Source of the DNA: Candidatus Latescibacterota bacterium
GTDB lineage: Bacteria; Latescibacterota; UBA2968; UBA8231
Assembly (NCBI GenBank): GCA_965242865.1
Contig: CBDETK010000013.1
Location: 4,928,001-4,992,000 of the forward strand
Direction: 5' to 3'
Length of the DNA stretch: 64,000 nt
The position numbers and the translations under genes are program-made. Of the stretch, positions 28,304 through 37,609 are shown piece by piece. Every line of letters begins with the position of its first letter. The first letter of the stretch is position 1. The notes beneath the pieces are model-generated. The model made no database searches and was not told the origin of the DNA. It was given only the letters and a program-made list of their open reading frames with translations.

Positions 28304-30562
28304 CTAGTGGGTGTGTGCCATCCCGTCCGACCTGTTGCCCGGGGCCATGGCGAAAGATTTGAACTGCCAGCGAGTCGGACGCGAATCTCCTTCGCGGATG
28401 TATATGCTTTGGTCCATTTCGATACCGTTGAAATGCTGCACTTCCCCGCTGGTGGGCCAGATGATTTCAATAGCTTGGATAGACTCAGCCTGTCCCAAGC
28501 CTATTTCGCATTGTAGGCTGGAGGCACCAAAACTGCCCCCGCTGGTCACCGTGGAATAAATGTCGCGGCGGCCATGTGGGGTCTTCACGCTCACCTTTAT
28601 GCGTGCTCCAATGGCGGCCCGATTGGTCTGCCGGCCCTCGAGCCGGAGCTTGATCCAGTGATTGCCGTGCCCCGGATTGGCAAAGAGGACGTTCTGATAG
28701 GTATCGCCGGTAAAAGCCCCGCCCATGACCGAAAAAATATCTTGGTCGCCATCGTGGTCAACATCGCCAAAAGCCACACCGTGGCCCTTTTGCAAATGCC
28801 CAAAGCCGCCCGAGGTGGTGACATCTTGGAAGAAATTGCCGTCGGCATTGCGGAACATGCGATTGGGGACTAGCGTAGCCATGTACGGGTCGCCGGTGCC
28901 GATATAACAATCCTGGTACCCGTCGTTGTCTAGATCGCCAAAGTTGCTGCCCATGGCGAGGAGAGGCTCGTCGAGCCTTACCTGGCGTGTGACATCGGTA
29001 AAAGTACCGTCGCCGTTGTTGCGGTATAGACGGGGCTCTTCGGCGCGGTGCGGCAAGCCCAAATAAGCGGCCGCCACGTCCGCTACCTCGCCCTTGAAAC
29101 CGGCGACGAATAGGTCCTGCCACCCGTCGTTGTCGTAGTCCCAGAACCAAGTCGGAAAACTGTAGGGCGGTCCAGCTACACCGGCCGTGGCCGTCACATC
29201 GGCGAAACGCCCACTCCCCTGATTGCGAAAGAGCAGATTGGACTCTTTGGGTGCCAGACGCGAGAGGTACAGGTCCAGTTGTCCATCGTTGTTGTAGTCG
29301 CCCCAGACTACTCCTTTGGTCCATCCGACCACATCGAGTCCCACTGCCTCGGCCACGTCAACGAATTGTACCGCCGACACTCCGCGCCCAGAGGCTGCGC
29401 CTTGGTTGCGGAACAATTCGCACGGATGAGTAGCCCGCCCCTGCGATTCGTTGCCGACAAATAGGTCGATCCACCCGTCGTTGTCAAAGTCGCCCCAAGC
29501 GGCCGTCTGCGTTGGGTGGAAAGTGAGCAAGCCGGCTGCCTCGGTCGCATCGAAAAATCGCCCATTTCCCCGATTGGCCAACAGCGAGTTGGGGTAGCGT
29601 CCCTCGTCGAGCCAAGCACCGCGCAGCACCAGCACATCCGCGTAGCCGTTGTTGTCGTAGTCGGCTTGACAGATATTCAAACCGCCCACAATCCCCTCCA
29701 AGCCTGCCGCTTGTGTGCGATCGGCGAAGGTGCCGTCCCCTTGGTTGCGGAAGTAGCGGAGTGGGTCGCGCAGGCCCCAAGATGAAGCCACGATGTCGAG
29801 ATAGCCATCGCCGTCAAAGTCTTCCATGATGGCCCCCCCCGAAAGTCCCACCACATCCAGCCCCAACTGGGGAGCGACATCGCGAAACCTCCCAATATCG
29901 TAGTCAGAGGCGAATGCTTCGGGTGGTATCAGCAAGTTCTGAGGGACCTCTTCTGGATACTGCCCCAGCGTCATATAGGCGATATTGAGCAACCAACGAG
30001 CCGACAAATCGCTTGGAGTTCTGCTCAGAACTCTCAAAAATTCCTCGACAGCGGCACTTGATCCGCGCTTGATTTGATGCACTCCAGGGCCGCGGATCGG
30101 CATTAGACAAGAGTCGATATTGTGTTGCACAATGCAGTTTTCTTGTTCGCCCAAACGGAGATAAGCCAAGCCCACTAGCAGTTGGAGAGAATGCCGAAGC
30201 CGAGGATGGTGGACCACAGTCTGTAGTTGCCGGTACTCCTGCACTGCTTGATCGGATTGACCGGCTTGCAGCAGTTCGTTGGCAAGGGAAAAGCGAGCTT
30301 GCAGGATTTGCTCGCGTCCTTGAGGATTGATAGCCGCACCGGATTGGCGTAGGTGGTCCAACCGAGCGCGGAAATATGCGACTCGGGCCAGATTCACATA
30401 CGGATGCGTGGCGGGATCGACATTGACGGCTATGTCTTCTAGGAGTCCGGCCATGCGCTGGGTACTGGCTGTCTGCTCTCGCTCAGCACAGGCTACCAAA
30501 ACAAAAAACCAGCCTGCAACCACTTGGACCCCGTATAGAGTGCTCTGCCTTATTATGGTCAT
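28304..30562 (-). CDS. CRTAC1-family lipoprotein with N-terminal TPR-like/Cys domain (FG-GAP + ASPIC/UnbV)
   Basis: Lipobox LVAC; LRLGEQENC...SCLMPI; WLLNIAYMTLG; FG-GAP repeats; GHLQKGHG; NRAAIGARI. Confidence 0.85.
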   Translation of the reverse strand: MTIIRQSTLYGVQVVAGWFFVLVACAEREQTASTQRMAGLLEDIAVNVDPATHPYVNLARVAYFRARLDHLRQSGAAINPQGREQILQARFSLANELLQAGQSDQAVQEYRQLQTVVHHPRLRHSLQLLVGLAYLRLGEQENCIVQHNIDSCLMPIRGPGVHQIKRGSSAAVEEFLRVLSRTPSDLSARWLLNIAYMTLGQYPEEVPQNLLIPPEAFASDYDIGRFRDVAPQLGLDVVGLSGGAIMEDFDGDGYLDIVASSWGLRDPLRYFRNQGDGTFADRTQAAGLEGIVGGLNICQADYDNNGYADVLVLRGAWLDEGRYPNSLLANRGNGRFFDATEAAGLLTFHPTQTAAWGDFDNDGWIDLFVGNESQGRATHPCELFRNQGAASGRGVSAVQFVDVAEAVGLDVVGWTKGVVWGDYNNDGQLDLYLSRLAPKESNLLFRNQGSGRFADVTATAGVAGPPYSFPTWFWDYDNDGWQDLFVAGFKGEVADVAAAYLGLPHRAEEPRLYRNNGDGTFTDVTRQVRLDEPLLAMGSNFGDLDNDGYQDCYIGTGDPYMATLVPNRMFRNADGNFFQDVTTSGGFGHLQKGHGVAFGDVDHDGDQDIFSVMGGAFTGDTYQNVLFANPGHGNHWIKLRLEGRQTNRAAIGARIKVSVKTPHGRRDIYSTVTSGGSFGASSLQCEIGLGQAESIQAIEIIWPTSGEVQHFNGIEMDQSIYIREGDSRPTRWQFKSFAMAPGNRSDGMAHTH

Positions 30563-30824
30563 TATGGCCCACTGCCGCGCCGTTTATGTTTGCACTGGCA
30601 ACCGCCGAAAATTACAGCTATAAAGCACTGTGTGGCAACTCCTTTGATTTTCACTGCAAATCCAGCACCGAAAAACCAGCCATGCAGATTAGGATAGGCG
30701 GCCCTTCGACCCTGCGGCCTCAATGGGGCACGGGCGTCGCCGTTGCAAAATTGGTGAATCGGTGCGTTATTGCGTACAACGCCGCCCGGATTTACGGGAT
30801 TTGAACCGCGAGGAGGAACCCCCA

Positions 30825-32645
30825 ATGCCCCACGTATCCATTGCAGCCAAGACCCGCAAAACCCCGCCCCATTGGGCCGTGCGCCAACGCGACTTGATCG
30901 CCCTGATGGACCGCACGGCACGGCCCTTTGTCGAGCACAGTACCCGTCCAGACGGCACCCTGATCCAGCGCACGGAGTGGACCAGTATGGACGGCACGGA
31001 CAATGGCTACGAGGCCTTCCTTTCGTTCCCCCTGTTTTACCTGCTCGGCGGCGGCGAGCACATCTATCAGATCGCCTGCAAAGAGTGGGACGCCATCACT
31101 TGGCAGTACGCCAACTACGGCACGGTTGAGCGCGAGTTTGTCACTGGCTTTGATTGGTTCCACCACTCCGAGAGCTATACCTACATCTACTATTTGGCCT
31201 TGGCCGACCCCGCCCACCACATCAACCGCACCCGCGCCCTGCGCTACGCCGCCATGTACACCGGCGCCGACCCGCTGGCCCCCAACTGGGACGCCCAGCG
31301 CAACATGATCCGCTCGCCGCTCAACGGCAGCAAAGGCCCGCGCTTTGTCACCACCCAAGCCGATTGGGATTACCATCGGCCCATCCTAGCCCATTACCTA
31401 GCGCCCTTTGAGGATATTTTAGGGGCCGATAGCACCGACCCGCTCTTCAAGGTTGATTGGACGGACGACGACGTATTCGCCCAAGTCCTCAGCTTGATCA
31501 ACCAGCGCATGACCCGCGGCGACGTGCCCCTCAACTTGAGTGCCGCCAGCCTGATCACCAACGCCTATCTCTACACGGGCGACGACCAGTACAAAACTTG
31601 GGTGCTCAATTATTTGCAGGCGTGGGCAGAGCGCTGCGAGGCCAACGGCGGCATTATGCCCGACAATATTGGACCCGAGGGAACCATCGGCGAGTTGATG
31701 GACGGCAAATGGTGGGGCGGATACTACGGCTGGCGCTGGCCGCACGGGGCGCGCAACATCGTCGAGCCTGCGCTAGTGGCCGGCAGTTGCGCCCTGCTTA
31801 TGACCGGCGATGATTCCCAGCTGGACTTGGCCCGCTCGCAGCTCGACATGCTGTGGGAACAGCGGCGCACGGAGGACGGCCTCGTCAAAGTGCCGGCCCG
31901 CCATGGCGACCAAGGCTGGTTTGATTTTCGACCGCCCGACCCCTACTTGTATATTCATTTATATTACTTGAGCCAAAGCGAGCGGGATTTGGCCCGCCTC
32001 GACGAAGTTTTTCCCGACCGCACCGCATTTGCCGGTCTGCCTCCCGATTGGGGTGCTGCCAAAGCCGGTATCTGCCCGCCGACAGCTTGGTTTGCCTTTA
32101 TTGAAGGCAAAAACCGAGGCTACGTCGAGCAGGCGATCGACTCGACCTACTCCAGCATCTGCCACAGCTTGAATCGCCTAGAAAACGACGACAGCGATCC
32201 CGAGACCCGCGAGTGCTACCACTTCCAGAGGCTCAATCCGGTGCTGCCGGAAGCCCTGATCCAGATGGCCTTGGGTACGCCCGCGGCAATTTACAACGGC
32301 GGGATGCTCCAAGCCCACGTGCGCTATTTCGACCCGCAACGCCGTCGCCCCGGTCTGCCCGAGTACGTCGCGGCCCTAGTGGACCGGGTCCGGGCCGACG
32401 GGGTCAGCCTGACGCTGGTGAATACGGACTTAGTGGAAGGCCGCTCCGTCCTGTTGCAGGCCGGTTCCTTCGGCGAGCACCAATTCACTGAGGCCCGCCT
32501 AGCGAGCGAAGCCGGCCCCGATCAGTCCGTTGCGGTAGAGGCCCCGCATCTTCGGGTGCATTTGGGACCGGCGGCCCAAGCTCGCTTGCATCTTGGGCTG
32601 AAACGCTTTGCCCGCTCGCCCTCCTACCGTTTCCCGGCTTTTTGA
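30825..32645 (+). CDS. Conserved hypothetical protein (W/Y-rich, possibly a helical-barrel enzyme)
   Basis: 606-aa ORF with AGGAGG RBS and host-like codon usage; motifs DNGYEAF, DWFHHSE, GKWWGGYYGWRWPHG, QAGSFGEH; function not recognised. Confidence 0.75.
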   Translation: MPHVSIAAKTRKTPPHWAVRQRDLIALMDRTARPFVEHSTRPDGTLIQRTEWTSMDGTDNGYEAFLSFPLFYLLGGGEHIYQIACKEWDAITWQYANYGTVEREFVTGFDWFHHSESYTYIYYLALADPAHHINRTRALRYAAMYTGADPLAPNWDAQRNMIRSPLNGSKGPRFVTTQADWDYHRPILAHYLAPFEDILGADSTDPLFKVDWTDDDVFAQVLSLINQRMTRGDVPLNLSAASLITNAYLYTGDDQYKTWVLNYLQAWAERCEANGGIMPDNIGPEGTIGELMDGKWWGGYYGWRWPHGARNIVEPALVAGSCALLMTGDDSQLDLARSQLDMLWEQRRTEDGLVKVPARHGDQGWFDFRPPDPYLYIHLYYLSQSERDLARLDEVFPDRTAFAGLPPDWGAAKAGICPPTAWFAFIEGKNRGYVEQAIDSTYSSICHSLNRLENDDSDPETRECYHFQRLNPVLPEALIQMALGTPAAIYNGGMLQAHVRYFDPQRRRPGLPEYVAALVDRVRADGVSLTLVNTDLVEGRSVLLQAGSFGEHQFTEARLASEAGPDQSVAVEAPHLRVHLGPAAQARLHLGLKRFARSPSYRFPAF

Positions 32646-32755
32646 GCACTAGGATCGCGTTTGACGGGGGGTACGCTCTCCAGTATTTTCCTAGCACCTT
32701 GTGGCGCGACCGGCAATTGGCTGCTGGTCGCCTTTTTTAATGAAAGGGACACCCG

Positions 32756-35700
32756 TTGCGCCGAGCGATTTTTTCCGCCATGGCCGCGCTGCTCCTCGCC
32801 GGAGCGGCTCAGGCCCAGATACAAACCATCGTCACAGATCACTTCCGGGTCCACTTCTCGCGGGGGGCCGAGGGCACCGCACGGCGAGTGGCCGAAACCT
32901 GCGAGGAGGTCTTCCCCATCCTCGCCGCGGCCTACAACTACTACGACGATTTTCGCACCATCCACGTCATCGTCCTCGACAACTCCGACGTGCTGGGCAA
33001 CGGCTGGGCCAACTACTACAGCAACACCATGGCCATTTGGGCCACGAGTCTCGACTTTGAACTGCGCGGCAGCCACGATTGGATCAAAAACGTGGTCACG
33101 CACGAGTTGACGCACATCCTGACTCTCAACAAGGCGCGCAAGAAATGGCCCTTCCAATTTGCGCTGCTCTCGGTCTCGCGCTTCGACTCCAATCCCGACA
33201 TTGCGTTTCAGTTCCCATTGTACCACCTCAACGCCCCGCGCGGCTGGACCGAGGGCATTGCCCAGTACGGGGCGCACAAATTTGGCTACGATTCTTGGGA
33301 TTCGCACCGCGACATGTTGTTGCGGATGGCGGTGCTCGAAGACGATCTGCTGTCGTGGGATGAGATGGGCACGGTGGGGGACCGCACGGGCAAGTTCTAC
33401 GGCGAGTTCGTGTACAATCAGGGCTACGCCATGATGGTGTACATCCATCAGCAGTACGGGGCCGAAAAGGTCGATGAGCTGACTCATCAGATCGGCGCGC
33501 TGAGCTTTGACCCGGCCATTCGCCGGGTGTTGGGCATTTCCGCCGACCAGTTTTACGCGGATTGGGTCGCCTTCTTAGCCGACAACTACGGCCGCCTCAC
33601 ATCCGAAATCCGCGGGCAAGGCTTCTTTCAGGGGGCGCCGCTGGACGAGGTCAACGAGGGCGTGCTCGAATACCATCCCGCGCTGTCGCCGGACGGCAAA
33701 AAACTGGCGTACCTCACCAGCGAGGAGCAGGACTACGCGATCACGACCCTCAAGATCTACGATTTTGAGACGCAAAAAAAGACCGAGCTCAAAGGTTGGA
33801 TCGATACGCGCATTGGCTGGTCGCCCGACGGGGAGGAAATCGTCTTTGTCCGCAACAAGGGCGGTTTTAACGACCTCTACCTCTACAACTTGGCCGAGGA
33901 CGAGGAGCGCCGCATCAGCGCTCGGCTGCGCGCCAAAGACCCTTCGTTTTCTCCCGATGGCCAGCGCATCGCCTTTGTCCACAACGAGGACGGAACCAAC
34001 AACCTCGGCCTCATTGACCGCGACGGCACGGACTTGGTCTATCTGACGAACAACAACGACGCCACCCAATACATGGGGCCGCGCTTCTCGCCCGACGGCG
34101 AGTGGTTGCTCTTTAGCGTGTTCCGCGGCCAAGACCGCGACATTGCGATGATCCGCGCCGATAGCCCGCCGCGGCCCAAGCACTTTAAGAAGGCTGAAAA
34201 GAAGAAGAGCGAAGACGAAGAGGGCGCGGAGGAAACCATTGAAGTCTTTCCCGATACGGTTGCGTTTGCCCATCCCGATTCGTCGGGGTTCCGCGCGGTC
34301 GTTGCCTCGCCGGCCGACGAGCGCGATCCGTACTGGCTGCCCGATGGCTCGGGTTTTGTATTTTCGTCGGACCAGAGCGGCATTTTCAACATCTACCGCT
34401 ATCGCTTGGCAAACGACGAAGTCGAGCAGCTAACCAACGTCATCGGCGGGGCCTTTGTGCCGACCGTAGCCGCTGACGAGCGCGTGGTGTACAGCGGCTA
34501 CCACTCCAACGACTATAGCCTCTACCGCTTTGAGCTGGGCGAATTCGCACGCGCGGCCCACTTTGAGCCGGTGGCCATGCGCGACTATCGCTCCATTTTC
34601 GACGGCCCCAAGCTCAGCGACCAGTACCAAGTCGCGTCGTACCGGGGGCGCAATGTCTTGCGCTACATCCCGATTTTACAGGTCGGCCCCACGTTTGTCG
34701 GCAACGCCTTTGGCCTCAATCAAGCCAGCGGCGGCTTGCAGTTTTCCACTGGGGACATGTTCGGCGGCCAAGAGCTGACGGCTTGGGGGATCGCCGGCAA
34801 GAACATACGCGACGACACCGATCTGAACACGGATGTAGGCTTCTTTTATGAGCGTCGGCTTAGGCCCCAAGTGGGCAACAACCGAACCTTCAACCCCTCG
34901 TTTTACATAAGGGGCCGGCGGCGCGAGATCGACAGCCTAGGCAAGACCATTGACGTCGCTACCGACACGCTCGCGGCTTCTACTCTCTACCCGGTCCCGG
35001 TCGATTCGGTCTCCAGCGTGCTCATCCCAGACGTCGAGCGACGCGTCTATCAGTACGATAGTCGCCAAAATTTGCTCAAGACCGTCTTGGGGCAGATCTC
35101 CATGGGCGTCGATGTGCCGCTGACCCGGCGCACCGAGTTGAATGCCCAATATCTATGGCGCAACTATGCCGAGAGCCATACCTTGCGCCGCCGCCGCATC
35201 AAAAGTCAGGTCTATTTGGTGCAAGATGGCGTCGATATGTCGGAAACCGTAGATCCGGCTATTTTGGTCCAAGACACCCTGTTGGTTGACAGTGAGAATC
35301 CGCAGAAATACTACGACGACCTCAGCTTTTTTCGCGCCCATATTTTGAGCGCGTCTTGGCGCTACCTGAAGATCAATCCCACGGCCGACAGCTCGATCAA
35401 CCCATCGGGGCGCGCCTTGTCCTTGGTCTATCGCTACCTGCTGCCGACGGTGGCCGATTCGCTGGCCGAGCAAACTCCCACGGATGGAGTCCCCCGCGAT
35501 CAGTACGTCGGTGCCGAGCACCGCCTGCGGGTCAACGAATACGTGGCCGCGTACAACGAGCGGATTAGGCTGCCGTTCAATAATTCGCTCAACATCACGC
35601 TAATTGGCGCGTACGAAAACATTCGGCTCAAGCCTCGCTTTGACCCCGAGGGCGGCATCTATGAGGGCCGCTTCTACTGGCCCCTGCGCTACTATATCGG

Positions 35701-36178
35701 TGGGCGCAACTTCCTCAGCGGCTATCCCTATTTCACCGACTCTGGTTCCAAGCTGCTCTACGCACGCATCGGCTACGGGTTTCCAATCCTCAGACGCATC
35801 AGCAGCCGCTTTATCAACTTCAGCTTTTCCAAGCTCTACGCCGAGCTATTCGCCGAAGCCGGGGCGGTGGGCAACTTCTCGCGCTTTGAGGACATTGACT
35901 TTTGGAAGGGAAAGCCTTGGCGGTCTTGGCCCAACACCGACAAGTTCCTGACCAACGTGGGCGGCGAGCTGCGGCTACAGCTTTTTACCTTCTACCGCAT
36001 CCCCATGTTCGCTTACCTCCAAGTGGCGCGTCCGCTCGAGTCGGCGCGAGTGGAGTGGTTCGATCCAGAGCCATCCGAGGACGACCCGGACCCCGAATCC
36101 TATCTGACCGTGAGGAACTCCGAAGGCAAACGGGGCAGGATCGACACATGGCGCTTCTACTTTGGGTTTGGGCTGTGA
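32756..36178 (+). CDS. Secreted fusion: HExxH metallopeptidase-like domain + PD40/TolB propeller + C-terminal Omp85-like barrel
   Basis: Signal peptide AQA-Q; HELTH...WTEG.A; repeated P.(F/W)SPDG; ends RFYFGFGL. Confidence 0.75.
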   Translation: MRRAIFSAMAALLLAGAAQAQIQTIVTDHFRVHFSRGAEGTARRVAETCEEVFPILAAAYNYYDDFRTIHVIVLDNSDVLGNGWANYYSNTMAIWATSLDFELRGSHDWIKNVVTHELTHILTLNKARKKWPFQFALLSVSRFDSNPDIAFQFPLYHLNAPRGWTEGIAQYGAHKFGYDSWDSHRDMLLRMAVLEDDLLSWDEMGTVGDRTGKFYGEFVYNQGYAMMVYIHQQYGAEKVDELTHQIGALSFDPAIRRVLGISADQFYADWVAFLADNYGRLTSEIRGQGFFQGAPLDEVNEGVLEYHPALSPDGKKLAYLTSEEQDYAITTLKIYDFETQKKTELKGWIDTRIGWSPDGEEIVFVRNKGGFNDLYLYNLAEDEERRISARLRAKDPSFSPDGQRIAFVHNEDGTNNLGLIDRDGTDLVYLTNNNDATQYMGPRFSPDGEWLLFSVFRGQDRDIAMIRADSPPRPKHFKKAEKKKSEDEEGAEETIEVFPDTVAFAHPDSSGFRAVVASPADERDPYWLPDGSGFVFSSDQSGIFNIYRYRLANDEVEQLTNVIGGAFVPTVAADERVVYSGYHSNDYSLYRFELGEFARAAHFEPVAMRDYRSIFDGPKLSDQYQVASYRGRNVLRYIPILQVGPTFVGNAFGLNQASGGLQFSTGDMFGGQELTAWGIAGKNIRDDTDLNTDVGFFYERRLRPQVGNNRTFNPSFYIRGRRREIDSLGKTIDVATDTLAASTLYPVPVDSVSSVLIPDVERRVYQYDSRQNLLKTVLGQISMGVDVPLTRRTELNAQYLWRNYAESHTLRRRRIKSQVYLVQDGVDMSETVDPAILVQDTLLVDSENPQKYYDDLSFFRAHILSASWRYLKINPTADSSINPSGRALSLVYRYLLPTVADSLAEQTPTDGVPRDQYVGAEHRLRVNEYVAAYNERIRLPFNNSLNITLIGAYENIRLKPRFDPEGGIYEGRFYWPLRYYIGGRNFLSGYPYFTDSGSKLLYARIGYGFPILRRISSRFINFSFSKLYAELFAEAGAVGNFSRFEDIDFWKGKPWRSWPNTDKFLTNVGGELRLQLFTFYRIPMFAYLQVARPLESARVEWFDPEPSEDDPDPESYLTVRNSEGKRGRIDTWRFYFGFGL

Positions 36179-36206
36179 AGTGACGGAGCAAAAAAGGAGA
36201 GAAAAC

Positions 36207-36509
36207 ATGCACTTTATCTTGTCGTGGGATATTCGAGATGCAGCCGAGGAGTGGGACGAAATCAACGCCCAGCTAAAAGAGCGCATAGACGACTATTCTT
36301 GGGTTCGTCCCCTCAGCACTTTTTACATCATAAGGGTGTCCGGTCCGCAAGAGTGGAGACGGATTAAGGAAGCCCTTATTGAGGTAGCCGAGCGTTATGC
36401 TGCCAAAGCCAAGATACATTTCGTCATTAGTCCCTTAATGGTTGGCGGCCAATACGATGGCTGGCTGCCCAATGATATTTGGCCCAAAATACAAAAGAGG
36501 ACAGCTTAA
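36207..36509 (+). CDS. Small protein with probable Cas2/VapD-like ferredoxin fold
   Basis: AAGGAGAG RBS; MHFILSWDI..., W.RPLSTFYII, YDGWLP..IW pattern; fold is inference. Confidence 0.65.
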   Translation: MHFILSWDIRDAAEEWDEINAQLKERIDDYSWVRPLSTFYIIRVSGPQEWRRIKEALIEVAERYAAKAKIHFVISPLMVGGQYDGWLPNDIWPKIQKRTA

Positions 36510-36868
36510 TGGAGGCCACAAGCAAAGACGTAGAATCTCGTGTAAAGCACGATGAGGCTAATCCCGAGTCGCCTCCTAGTAGTGCAGGATTTGCGGAAAG
36601 GCTTAACAGACTGGTTTCCGTGCCCGAGACCATTGAAATTGAGTTGGTAAATTCGGCTACCCTCGATGAATATGAATTTCGGGCGTACCTATCTTCTGTT
36701 CTTGCCACTGTCGTAATAGGCTTCTTCTTCGCAATTGTACAATCTGGCCCGTCATTTCCAATGATATTCTGTGGGATTGTATCCGCCGTTTTGTTTGGTT
36801 TCTGTGCAAAGTCCGCCCGTGATAAACGAAGGCAATTGAAGCAAAAAGCAAAAAAGATCAGGCTGTAA
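36509..36868 (+). CDS. Two-transmembrane protein with basic C-terminal tail
   Basis: TAATG stop/start overlap with the previous gene; two hydrophobic segments (YLSSVLATVVIGFFFAIV; FPMIFCGIVSAVLFGFCA); K/R-rich end. Confidence 0.7.
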   Translation: MEATSKDVESRVKHDEANPESPPSSAGFAERLNRLVSVPETIEIELVNSATLDEYEFRAYLSSVLATVVIGFFFAIVQSGPSFPMIFCGIVSAVLFGFCAKSARDKRRQLKQKAKKIRL

Positions 36869-37077
36869 ACTGAGCGGCTAATTGTTTGGCCGCATCCTCT
36901 CACCCCGCCCCCCATCCTTTCTATCGTGACGCGCAGAGAATCAGACGGGAAAATTGATCGGCACAAGCTAACTTTGCGGCGCAAGGTGCTGGCGCTGATC
37001 CATGGCTACGCCCAGCGTCGCGCCTTGGACGAGCGATCCTACCGACGCTGGCGACGCTGGATTCGGCCCAACTGACG

Positions 37078-37602
37078 TCAAGTTTGCTCGCGTCGCGAGA
37101 GCCTGAGCGCGAGTTGGACATAGCTCGCGCTGGAGATGACGACCAAGGCTGCCGCGGCGAGGCTCAGCCCCGTGCGCACGCTGGACGGAGCCTCGAGGAC
37201 GTAGCTGAAGGCCGTCAGGGCCATGCAGACGGTCGTGTACTTGCCCCAGCGGTTGGCGGCAATGACCAGCCCCTGTGAACGCAGGAGCACCCCCCCCACC
37301 AGCACGATTGCCAAGTCGCGGACCAAGAGCATCCCCAACAGCCACAGCGGCAAATCGCCCCACCAGACTAGGGCGCCGAGTAGGCAGGCGAGAAAAACTT
37401 TATCGGCCAGTGGGTCGAGTACCTTGCCGAGGCGGGAGACTTGATTGTAGTGCCGCGCCACCCAGCCATCGGCGAGGTCCGTGGCCCCGGCCATGAGCAG
37501 CAGGAGCACGACTTGGAACTGGGCCGCTGGGCCTTGGGCGATGAAGTAGAGCACAAAGGGGATGAGTAGAACCCGCAGGACGCTGAGAAAATTGGCCAAC
37601 AT
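37078..37602 (-). CDS. CDP-alcohol phosphatidyltransferase (PgsA-like)
   Basis: ANFLSVLR, TDLADGWVAR...SRLGKVLDPLADK signature. Confidence 0.9.
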   Translation of the reverse strand: MLANFLSVLRVLLIPFVLYFIAQGPAAQFQVVLLLLMAGATDLADGWVARHYNQVSRLGKVLDPLADKVFLACLLGALVWWGDLPLWLLGMLLVRDLAIVLVGGVLLRSQGLVIAANRWGKYTTVCMALTAFSYVLEAPSSVRTGLSLAAAALVVISSASYVQLALRLSRREQT

Positions 37603-37609
37603 CGTCGGG

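Noticed and set aside
36207-37077. CRISPR-Cas locus suggested by the Cas2-like gene
   Set aside because: No repeat-spacer array, cas1 or other cas genes seen; the short cgacgctgg repeats near 37011-37060 are not an array.
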